In this document: positions 24,250 to 34,645 of the stretch, piece by piece
Layout: each line of letters starts with the position of its first letter
Numbering within the stretch: the stretch's first letter is position 1
Translations under genes and position numbers: made by a program
Notes under the pieces: generated by a model
Told to the model about the DNA's origin: nothing
What the model saw: the letters and a program-made list of their open reading frames with translations, nothing else
The model's database searches: none
DNA from: Selaginella moellendorffii
Lineage: Eukaryota; Plantae; Lycopodiophyta
Length of the DNA: 64,000 nucleotides
Direction of reading: 5' to 3'
NCBI RefSeq assembly: GCF_000143415.4
Contig: NW_003314268.1
Span: forward strand, 1,286,672-1,350,671

Positions 24250-27200
24250 TCAGCTGAAGCTGTGTAAGCCGTTGATTGCGCTGTGGTAGGGCTACAGTCT
24301 TGGGAAGAGCTTTCCAGTCGGGATTTCTTTCGAGCGTCCTCGCATTTCCCACGACCCAGAGCGAAAACTTGGCCCTCGTCAGTGCTACGTTCATGCGCCT
24401 TACGTCCGCGAGGAATCCCACACCAGCTTGAGAGTCTCCAAACGAAGCACGCACTGTCGAGAGGACGATGATGTCTGCCTCTCGCCCCTGGAACGAATCC
24501 ACCGTGTTTACGTCGATCCCCGAGTGTAAACTCCTCATGTTTTCTTGGAGAACTTTTCTCTGCTCCTGGTATGGAGTGATCACTCCAATCCTCCCGGGGC
24601 GTACTTCCTCCAGATACCTGGAAAAACCGGTTGATATCTTTCTAGCAACTTCGTGAAGGAATGTGGAGTACCTCTCTTTGAGAACACGAAGGAGTTGAAA
24701 GATAAACTCTGCCTCGTCGGGATTGGTAAGCGACTGCATCGAGCCTGGCCTTTCCTGCCCGTCTCGAATGTCAAAAAAACCTGTATGGCTCGAAACGCCT
24801 GTGCAATTCCAATTGAAACAGTCTTCTTTCATGAATTCAAAAGCTCAAGCATACGAACCTTTCGCGGTGGAAGGGAGCGCTTCGGTTGCCATGTAGAACA
24901 GTGCTTCCATCTTTGAGCTGGCCATCGTAGTAGTGTGTCGATGGAAAGCTTCGAATCTCAGGGTGCATGCGATACTGTGGAACCAGAACGAGAAAACTTG
25001 ATAAAATGCAAAAAGACTTCCAAAATCAAAATCAACCGACCTGCGTTGTTAACATGCTGACCGGGAAACTCTCGAACATACTGCAGTCAAACAGGAGCCT
25101 TGATGCTGGAACCGAGAGAACAGTCGCTGGTAGCTGTTTAGGATCCCGAATCTGGAAAACTTCTAGTAAATATATCGCAAAATACTCCCGTAGCACTTTA
25201 CCAGGATGCACTTCCCACGAGTCGCTTTCAACAGCTGAAGCGGTATCAGAGTTGATGGTTCCACGGCCTAAAAGTTCGTTCGAAAGGCGTCATTCACACT
25301 CTGATTTTTCATCCATACCTGTGCAGCTTCATCGATGATCACAGCGTCGAACAGCATCTCCGCGGCCTGCGCGTCTCTCGTTGCAATGAATTCCATCAAA
25401 GTCGAGTAAATGTGACCTCCGCAGCCGCTTAGCGTCGTCAGTACCACATCTGCTTCTCTTAAAACTTCAAGCTTCATGGCTTGTTTCTTCTTTCGGTTTG
25501 ATCCCATAAGAAAGCCATGCTCGCGATTTTCCACCTTGATCAGCTCTGATAAAAGCAGTCTCTGCTGCTCTTGAAGACCTGCTAGCTTGTCAAGTTTCGG
25601 AATCCCATCCTGACTTTCCACCTCGGCTGGAGCAGCTAACGCTTGCATATTACCCAGGACTTCATCGAGCTTGGACCTTAGTTCCTGTGGAGAGTGTGCA
25701 TTGTGTACCCCTGCATTCTCAGCCATTCTCTTCGCCACCAGCCGGTCGATGTGCACAGCCATTGCCTGGGAATGCACCCTCTTCGTGTCCCCGACGCGGA
25801 CAATAGAGGGCCAGTAAGTCCCTCCATCGTAGTTGTAGACGCCATGCTTTGAGATTCTTGTCACCAGTTCGTCCACTGCTGCGTTGGACTGAGATCCTTG
25901 TAGCTTTCAGCTTATCTCGGAACTCAGTTTGGTGGTTATCTGTTAGCACGTCTAGCATCTCGTGTTCCTCGGCTTTGCCAGCCTCCTCGTTTGCATGGGC
26001 CAGCAATGCGCTCACAATGCCGAGGATTGTTCTTGTCTTTCCAGTTCCTATTACAAGCAAAGAAAAAACAATTGAATGGTTTATATCAAGAGAACGCGAA
26101 AGCCGTTTACCTGGTGGCCCTTGTATGAGAGAAATCATCTGGTCGGCGACAGCAGCGATAGAGCTCAGCTGACTCTCGTTGTACTCGCGTCTAAGCTTTG
26201 ACCGCAGTTGTGGTGGAAGGCTTTGAGTTCTTGATATTTCTCGTGGAGGAGAAGCCGAGAGTATTGTTTCCAGTAATGGAAACAAGTGCATCGCCGCCAT
26301 AGCCTGCTGCTCGCGGATGAACGTCGTCACGGACGTAAGCTTGTTCAGATGCCACGTACTTTCCGTCACTAGCATCTCTCGCAACTTGGAAAGCCTTTCG
26401 CAGCTGTGAGGAAGATAAACCTTGACGAGAAGGTTGTTTCTTTTCTCAACCTGCAATGCAAAGAGATTCTTTTAGAATGCATCAAGCTCTGGAGCGTTTA
26501 CTCATCTTGCCGATCATGTGAGAAGTCCGAGCTGGATCACGTAGAAGTATCAAATCGTTCTCTGCGAGTTTAACGGTGTGGCCGTCAAACTCCACAAGGT
26601 GAAAGTAGCCTTCCTGCCGCAAGGAAAACGCTGTGACAACGTCGGAGCGCGACAAATCCATTGTCTCGAGAGACCTTTCAAGGTGTGCCTTGAACTCTTC
26701 GAAGCAAAGCGGCCGGAAGATCTCTAGATAATGCTTGTAGCTTTGAAACGTCAATGGAACTTCCAGGAGCTCCTCCGAGTGATCTCCGTGCATGCTCCAG
26801 ATGTCTAGCGATAGAACACGCTTGTGCCATTCGTCCAGCATCGCTGGAAACGCAGCTCGATCATAGAATTCCTCGACCTTGCCCTCCAAGCGTTGCTTCT
26901 TGCATGATGGAACATCTTGCGACACAGGTCTCTTTTTTCGGTCGGAGGCCACCTCGGGTTTTGCATATTGATCACTCGCCGTCTCTTCAGTGGCCGTCTT
27001 CACACATTCATCAGTCATCGCCTCTTGGATGACCACCTCCTTGTTGACATATTCTTCGTCGGTCAGGTCGAGTATAGCGTTGCTCTCTGTTGCTTCGGAC
27101 GAGTATACCGTTTCGTCAAAGATCTTCACAAGCTTTTTCAAACCGTGGAGAATAGTCCTCTGATCTGCGTTCCTACAACAAATATATGAAAATGGTTAAG

Positions 27201-27282
27201 CTCAAAGCTAGCATTCATTTGCTCACCGAAAAAGTGCCAAACTTTCGACAAGCTTTCCAGAAGCATTGTTGCCTGCGAGAAG
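24250..27282 (-). pseudogene. SEN1/senataxin-like helicase, copy 2 (5'-truncated near-identical duplicate of 13130-16262)
   Basis: Near-identical translations to copy 1, the same motif Ia frameshift, extra deletions near 24292 and 25063; similarity ends at ~27282 where a copia relic begins. Confidence 0.85.
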
Positions 27283-28270
27283 CATGTTTTATTTAAAATT
27301 GAAGGATTTTCTCTTATCACTCCTATATCCAATGTCTATATCAAACAAAAAAGGAAGTTTTTACTTATTGTTGCTCTTTATATTGATGACTCACTCTTGA
27401 TTAGCAACAACTATAAATATTTACAAATTTTCAAGGTTAAGCTTGGAAAAGCTTTTGCTATGGAAGACTTTGGAGAAGTTTGATATTTTCTTGGTCTTGA
27501 GATTCCTTCACATTTCTCAACAACAATATTTAACAAAGGTACTTGAGAGTTATGGATATATTAATAACATTAAATTCTTGACAAAAGTTGAGTGTCCTTC
27601 TAGCAAGAAAGAGCATCAAACTATGGCAAAGGTACCATTTTAAAATTTTCTTAAGAGTTTAATATATGCTATGGTGTGTAGCTGTTCAAATTTAGCTTAT
27701 GTTATCATCACTCTTAGCCAGTTTTCTGTTAATCCTAGCAATAAACATTGGGACATGGCCAAATTTGTGATTAAATCTATGATGTGTTATGTGAAGAAAA
27801 CTCTTGCTTTTAGAGTGTTGTATAGCTCATGTGATGGCTTTCTCTTGTTGCTTATAGTGACAGTAGCTTGTCAAATGATAAAGATAGCTATAAATCCACA
27901 ATAAAGTTTTGTTTCCAGCTTGGAACAAGCTTTGTTATTTGGGCTAGTAAAAAGCAAATTCACATTACTCTTTCCTCTACAGAAATAAAATATCTTGCTA
28001 CCTCAGTTAGGAAATTCTTTGGTTTCAAGAATTTCTTGGAGCTCTTAGACAATCCCTCACACCAATTACCCTCCATGTTAACAACCAGGGAGGTATTGAT
28101 TTGTGCAATAGTGAAGTGCAACATTATGTTAGGGATTTAATATATATAGGTTTGCTAATGGTTCAGCATGTTTTTTTCTTGACAACAACTTGTTGACATC
28201 TTTACCAAACCTTTGGCTAAAGTTTTATTTATGGAACACAAGAATTCTATTGAAGTCGTTGCCAAGCCTT
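27283..28270 (+). mobile_element. Decayed Ty1/copia RT-RNase H fragment
   Basis: Translates to NVYIK..LIVALYIDD, WASKKQIHITLSSTEIKYLA and QLVDIFTKPL, with many stops and frameshifts. Confidence 0.85.
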
Positions 28271-28949
28271 AATTGAGGAGAAGGTAGTAGCAGCAGTCAC
28301 ACCTTTAACTTTAGCAAGAGTGTTGAAACTAAAATCTAAAATGTGATATGCACTTTGAATCATGGAGATCAAGGGCCATATTCAATAGCAAATTTCAAGA
28401 GAAATTCTTGGATATAGCTAATATATAGCTAGTGTCCTTCTAAAAAAATCCTATTCCTCATTCTAACTCTTTGTCAATTGAGTGTCAAGTTTGCATGTCA
28501 CTCCATTTTAGACAGTCAACAATCTATGCGTAAAGAGTTAACTTTGGGAGAAACCACCAGCCCAAGAAGCTCTTCCATGTTTACAAGGACCTCTTGCAGT
28601 TGACCAGGAAAAGAGAAATGTTAGGGATTCAATTAAAATATAAAAACCCCTTCAACATGAAAGGATAGGAGCTGCCACCTCTGCTGCTCTTCAAAGAGCT
28701 GGTAGAAAAATACCTTTTTCACCAAAATGTTGTTTTGTCGTGGCTCACATCCTCGTGCTGCATCTCACATGATGATTTCTCTCGTCCTTGATTTTGTCTT
28801 ACATTGGTTCTCAATGATTTTTGTTCAAGATTTTATCCGTATATGTGGTTTGACCACAGGCCGGTTAGAAGTGGGGGGGTGGCACATGTGGTGGCTAGTT
28901 TTATGGATGCTCTCCTACATCCTTGTGAGCCACAGCCAAGAAGCCAGTT

Positions 28950-29510
28950 CTTCCGTTCTGTGCATATCATAGCATTCCATGACATGGGATCATGCTCTGG
29001 AAAGAGCTCCTCAAGATGCCCATTTGCTGGATGCATTGTTGTGAAAGCAACGCATTGAATCACTCTCTTCTCTTTACTCAATTTCCCAGTTTGTGCACGA
29101 GATGACAAAAGAGAAGTGTGGGCATTACCTAAAACACAAACATTACTTCATGAATATTACCAGTTCAGGTATTTGCCGACAAGAAAGTGAACCAGTGTCC
29201 TGAGTGAAATATGGTAAAAAAAACTTTTCTTGCTCACTTGGTGTATAAGTGGAGAGAATGGTGTTCCACGAAACAAGATCTGGCATGGTCAGCTCGCTAA
29301 AAACAATTTGCATTTTCATAAAAAATACTCGTTTTGGGCATAGCAGCAATCACCGATGTGGTTTCATACTCAATCCAGCATTCTTGATCGATAAGCCCAG
29401 ATTGACATACGATCTCAACATGACAGTCCTTTACGAGGCATCCTATCAAAGAAGTGCGTCGAATATGCTGTTCTCCCGGTTAAAATTTCAAATGTGACGA
29501 AGATGCCAGC
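28950..29510 (-). pseudogene. Degenerate PLS-type PPR fragments
   Basis: GHLEELFPEHDPMSWNAMI and MPDLVSWNTILSTY in broken frames. Confidence 0.55.
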
Positions 29511-29615
29511 ATATGCTCTGGCAAGGCTTAGGCTCGAATCCAACGCCCAACAGCACAACCCTCACGAATATTCCCCACATTCGAGGGTTTCGAGGGAAGA
29601 ATAGAGAGCGCAGCG

Positions 29616-30800
29616 ATGGCGGCGAGGGAGCGGAAGCAGGGATCGGCGGCGGCGCAGGGGTGGAGCGAATTGCCATCGGATCTCCTGGAGCGCGTGTGCC
29701 TGCGGCTGTGCGTCGCGGACGTGTGCCGCCTCCGCGCCGTGTGCCGGGAATGGTCGCTCTTCCTCCGCTCCGCCCAATTCATGCACAACCACGCCACCGC
29801 CACCGCCGCCGTCGCCCCGCCCGCGCCCCACCAGCGCTGGATCGTCGTCTACACCGACCAGATGTACGCCTTCGTCAATGGCCGCCGCTGGCTGCCCGTC
29901 TCCTCCCCGGCGGCGTACCGCCACCACTGCCGGATACCGCGGCGGCACGAGGAGGAGTACCAAGCGGACGTCGTGGCGGACGGCGCCATGGTTTGCGTGT
30001 CGCGGCGGAGCTTGATCAACGACAACTCGGTGAGAGAGGTATTTGTCTACAACCCCGTCGCCAAGCTCCGCCTGGATCTCCCCAAGCTCCAGCTCAAGCT
30101 GGAAGAAGAAGACGATCGCCAGGAGTGGCCGAGGTGGCGACCGTGGGCTCTCTCCTCCGGCCCCGGGAGGAGCTTCAAGCTCCTCTTCCTCCGCTACCAG
30201 AGCTCCCAGTTCTATCTCTTCGACGCCGATCGAGCCGAGTGGCTCCTCCGGACGATGCCGCGATCGATGATGCTGGAGACGGTCCAGCACGACGACTTCT
30301 CCCAGGCCGCGACGTGCATCGCCGGCGTGGCCTACTGCGTCAACTGGGATCGCAGCGCGCTGCTCACGTACAGCGTGGACAAGGATTCGTGGGGGAAGAT
30401 CGACACGCCGCTCACTCGCCACTCGAGGAACTATCTGCTGATCGAGCCGCAGATCGTCAAGGGGCCCAAGCTGGCGCCGATGTTGGTGGCGGGAGTGAGG
30501 AAGCGGCGGAACGCATGGCTCCACCCGAGGTGGCGGAGGGACGCGGACGATCAGGCGGATGTTGTGAGCATTTGGGAGCTGGACACGGGCTCCATGACTT
30601 GGAGCAAGATCTGCGAGAAGGCTTGCGAGCTCACGTCGTATGCTCTGGCCGGGAACGAGCAGCACATCTTTGTCATCCCTCACGGGAATGGGGAGGTTCT
30701 TGCGTATGACACGGCGAGTAAGTTGTGGGAAACGAGGCCGGCCATCCCTTCGCACGATTGTTTCAGCATGGCCACCTTTTCGCTCGAGGCGAGGTTCTAG
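29616..30800 (+). CDS. F-box protein with C-terminal Kelch-like/beta-propeller region, intronless
   Basis: F-box motif WSELPSDLLERVCLRL..VCRLRAVCREW, then FVYNPV, LLTYSVDKDSW and VLAYDTASKLW. Confidence 0.9.
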   Translation: MAARERKQGSAAAQGWSELPSDLLERVCLRLCVADVCRLRAVCREWSLFLRSAQFMHNHATATAAVAPPAPHQRWIVVYTDQMYAFVNGRRWLPVSSPAAYRHHCRIPRRHEEEYQADVVADGAMVCVSRRSLINDNSVREVFVYNPVAKLRLDLPKLQLKLEEEDDRQEWPRWRPWALSSGPGRSFKLLFLRYQSSQFYLFDADRAEWLLRTMPRSMMLETVQHDDFSQAATCIAGVAYCVNWDRSALLTYSVDKDSWGKIDTPLTRHSRNYLLIEPQIVKGPKLAPMLVAGVRKRRNAWLHPRWRRDADDQADVVSIWELDTGSMTWSKICEKACELTSYALAGNEQHIFVIPHGNGEVLAYDTASKLWETRPAIPSHDCFSMATFSLEARF

Positions 30801-30932
30801 CGCAAAGCTTTTCCAGGGTGTACATTACATTTGAGATGCAGGAATAAAAGTTTCCTCACAGGAAAAAAAAAAAAAAAAAAAGATTTTGAGATTATTTGCG
30901 ACTTGACAAATTAATAAGAAATGAATACGCCT

Positions 30933-31870
30933 TAATCGAAGGTTGATTTCCTCTTCCTGGTCAGCTGGTCAACGCAAAAGAGCTTCTCGGGCTGGTTCCC
31001 GAGGTTGACTCTCTGTGCATAAACTTCGACAGTTGACCGTCCAAAATGGATTGACTGACGGATACGCTTCTTCCATGTCAAGATCTTCGCTAATGTCAAA
31101 CGGTAACTCATGTAAACGCTCGCACTCGGGATCGGTTGTGTGCTTTGGTGCGGATTCGCCACTCGAACTGAAGAGCTCTACCATCGTTTCTCTCTGATCG
31201 GAGTGCAGCAGTCCATAAATGTTGGAGACCGCATGACTCTCTTGAATCGATCCCCCTTTCCTCACGTATACGGAAGGTTTTTCTGCATTTCTCAACTCCG
31301 TCCTCGTTCACGAACTTCTGGTCTATGGGATCACCTGGAACAACTAACGCCGTACCATTTCTTGGAGATTCTTGAGACACCAGAAGCGCTTCCAAACCCG
31401 AGTGCCACTGCGCCTTTGCAAATGGCAGCACTCGGAGTTGGAGGAGAGATCACCTCCTTCGTTATCATATACCTCTCTATAATCTTCTTCATTAAGTATG
31501 GGCTCTCTGCAAATCCACCAACCACAAATATGTGTTTCATGCTTGCGTCCACCTGCTTGTCGATGAGAGCTATAACCTTGTTCACTTCGGTGTCAACACA
31601 TAGCCCTCAGCTCTGATCTCCTCGTCATGATCCTGTGCATCTCCCAGCTGCTCATCAGACTTCTTACACGCTTCGACAGCCTCCGGGGAAGCTCAAACAC
31701 CTTGAAACCAATTCCATTGAAGCTGCTCTTCCCAAGTGACCCCAGCCACCACCTTGTGAAGTTGGATCGTCAAAGCTCTCCAAGCACCCAATTTTCTCTT
31801 GAGAAAATCTAGGAAGTTCCTGTCAACGTAAGTCCCTCCTCCCAGCTCCCCAGAACTGCGTAGAGCCTGA
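30933..31870 (-). pseudogene. HSPA12/Hsp70-12-type Hsp70 C-terminal relic
   Basis: SSGELGGGTYVDRNF, IFVVGGFAESPYL, PSAAICKGAV and ISKKWYG in shifting frames. Confidence 0.75.
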
Positions 31871-32336
31871 GACTTTGATTACGATTTGAGGAGGGAAATT
31901 TTCTTGCTCGTCACTGCCAGGAAATAAGTTTAATGGTTTACTTTAATGCTAATTATGTAAGTATGTAAAAAAAACATATTTATATTTATTTCAAATAATT
32001 AGATAATTACTCCGGGCGCTGGGTACGCGATGATGGAAACCCCTTGTTCCACCGATGGAGCGTTCCAGTGCCAAGAGAATGGGCATAGTTCTTAAAGAGC
32101 TTAATAGCTGGAAGAGGCAGACTTTTGTGCTGATGTTAATAAACATGATTGGAAGCTAAATCACAAGAACAAATACCAATAGTTTATATGCAATAATTCA
32201 AAGGACTATTTATATTTTGACAGTAATCATTTTACTGAAGCTGACAACTAAATGATGTTGAAATTTTTTTAGTATAAATCTTATGCCAAGCTAAACCCTA
32301 AAACCGGCAAAGCTCATAGTTTCTTCCTCTCTAGAT

Positions 32337-32609
32337 TTACAATCCCAAACCCACCACCAAAGCCTTAGAAAGTGCTTTTTTTTTAATTGGTGGCGGTGGA
32401 GGCGATGGCGATGGCGCTGGAGCTGGCGATGGTGATTTCGGTGCTCGAGCTCCGCGATTACCAAGAGGAGGAGGAGGATTATCATCGGGATTAGCGCCAC
32501 CTGCCCCGCGATCGCCGCCTTCGCCATCGCCATCGCGATCGCCCCGGCTGAGCACACCGTCAAGAATGCCGCATTGGCGGCCTATGAAATTCTCTCCATG
32601 GGGATCCAT
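32337..32609 (-). CDS. Possible small Gly/Pro-rich protein (about 90 aa), divergent from the PPR gene
   Basis: ATG-initiated GC-rich ORF with a PSPAPAPSPSPPPPP tract; no recognisable domain. Confidence 0.25.
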   Translation of the reverse strand: MDPHGENFIGRQCGILDGVLSRGDRDGDGEGGDRGAGGANPDDNPPPPLGNRGARAPKSPSPAPAPSPSPPPPPIKKKALSKALVVGLGL

Positions 32610-32858
32610 GGCAGTAGCAGTGTCCTTCGCCGTGCTCGTCCTGGCGGCATCGTCGTTCCTCTCGAGCACCAGCGGCGATCTTCTCTCCAGGCGCTTGTCC
32701 ATGCCCCGGGCGCGGAGAGCTACGCGACCGATCGATCGATGGAGTGGGCTCGCTAGAAATATTTTGCCTGTCGGCAAAACCTCGCGTGACAGCGTCGTAT
32801 GACGTGGACAACGTACTTTTGCTTCCCTGTCCGCCACGTGGCAAAGCTATAAACCCTA

Positions 32859-34318
32859 ATGGCGCTGCGAGCGCGCGCGGCGGCGGGATTCTCTCACGCT
32901 CGTCTCGATTCGAGGCTGTTCTTCCGGGGATCGATTGCCAGGTCTGGATTTAGCTGCATTGCCACTGCGACTGCGAGCGGCTATGGCTACACGGTGGAAT
33001 CGTGGAGCGAGACGCCATACTTGGAGCTCGTTCTTGGCCTCCGCCCCGAGGGGCAATCCATGACAGCGGGCGCTGGATCCACGCTCGCCGCCGTGCGAGC
33101 GAAGCGGCCGAATCCAGGATATTACGGCAGGCTCATGAGAATGCGGCTCGAGAATGCTTCGTCCATGGGGGCGCGCGAGGCGATCTTGGACAAGAAGAGC
33201 TACGTGAGAGATTTCGAGAGCTTCTGGATTCCTATGCTGGGCGATCTCATGGGAGGGGATTATCACCACTACAGTTTAGAGGTACGCAAGAATCTTAGAT
33301 TTTTTCTCTTATTTTCTAGTTTCTTTTGATTTGCTATGTTCTTCGTGGCTGTTCTTCCAGCTTTGCTTATGAGTTTCTTGCTTTTCTTGCCATCAAACTT
33401 TGGTGTTGTTGGTCGGGATTTCTTTTGGTTTTCTCGTTGTTTCCGTGCTCGTATCTTTCATGCCTGATCGAGTCTGATCTTGTCGGTGACATTCTTTATT
33501 GTTTCGTCCTCTCCATCCATCGCGTTCTTATATCACGGTCGTGCCAGGTTTTTACATGGCTCACGAACAATCCAATGGTCCTACTATCGGCCAAGAGACC
33601 GCAGCTTGAGCAGCTCTACGCGACGATGATCTCTTACGCCGGAGTCGTTGGGAGCCTGAGGCTAGCACGCATCTGGTTCGACGATCTCAAAGGCAAGGGG
33701 CTCAAGCAATCGACGAGGTGCTGCAACGCTCTCATCCTCGCCTACGCCAAGAAAGGTGACGCTCAAACCGCGCTCTCCATCCTCGAACAGATGAAAGCCT
33801 TCCGCAAGGGGTGCTCGCCAAACGCAGTCACGTTCTACATCCTCATCGCCATGTTTGCGAGGCTGGGCGACTCGCCAGGCCTCGCAAATCTCCTGGGCGA
33901 CAGCGAGTGCTCGAGCTTTCGTCCCGACGCCATGACTTACAACACTCTCCTCTGCGGCTACTCGAAGATGGGAATGCCGGAGGATTTCGACAAGACACAC
34001 GGGGAAATGATGGAGGATCTGGAGGAGGAACTTAGCGAGGAGAGCTACAACGCGTTGCTCGTTGGATGCTCGCGGCTGGATCGTCTCGACGAGCTCCAGC
34101 GCTGTGTGGGGGAGATGCTAGCCAGGGAGATGAGTCTGGCATCGCCGGTGGTGGCGGAAGAGATCGCCAAGGCTTACAGAAGAAATCGATGGGTGGAAGG
34201 ATTGGACACGGTGATCCAGCTCGAGGAAAAGAGTCCCGGGATTTCTCCAACCTTCCAAAGCTTTGTAAATGCTTGCAATGACGATTTAGAAAAAAAGGAG
34301 GCGCTTGTTTCAAGATAA
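32859..34318 (+). CDS. P-class pentatricopeptide repeat protein, two exons (32859-33281, 33548-34318)
   Basis: In-frame phase-0 GT-AG intron; repeats CCNALILAYAKKG, PNAVTFYILIAMFARLG, PDAMTYNTLLCGYSKMG and ESYNALLVGC; transit-peptide-like N-terminus. Confidence 0.85.
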
Positions 34319-34645
34319 GTTTTCACGTTTTTTTTCACTACAATCCATGTGATTAACTTTGAATACTATTTTGTGTGGTCTCTTCCAAGCCTTTTCCAGA
34401 ATATGGACTCACTGGTTGTGTCCACTGGAAGGATTTCTTTCTGCTGGCATTCATGGTATGTGGCAAACAAAAGCTGCGACAAAAGAAAAATCCGAACAAG
34501 AATTTAATAGAGGCTGCAAATTAGAAAATTTATTGATATTATTGTCCAGGTTGAACTTTTGTGCTCTAGTCAATAAGAACGCTGACCAAATAATGTTGAC
34601 AATTTTGAACGTTGACCAGATTCTGGAAATAGATAAACCCTAAAC

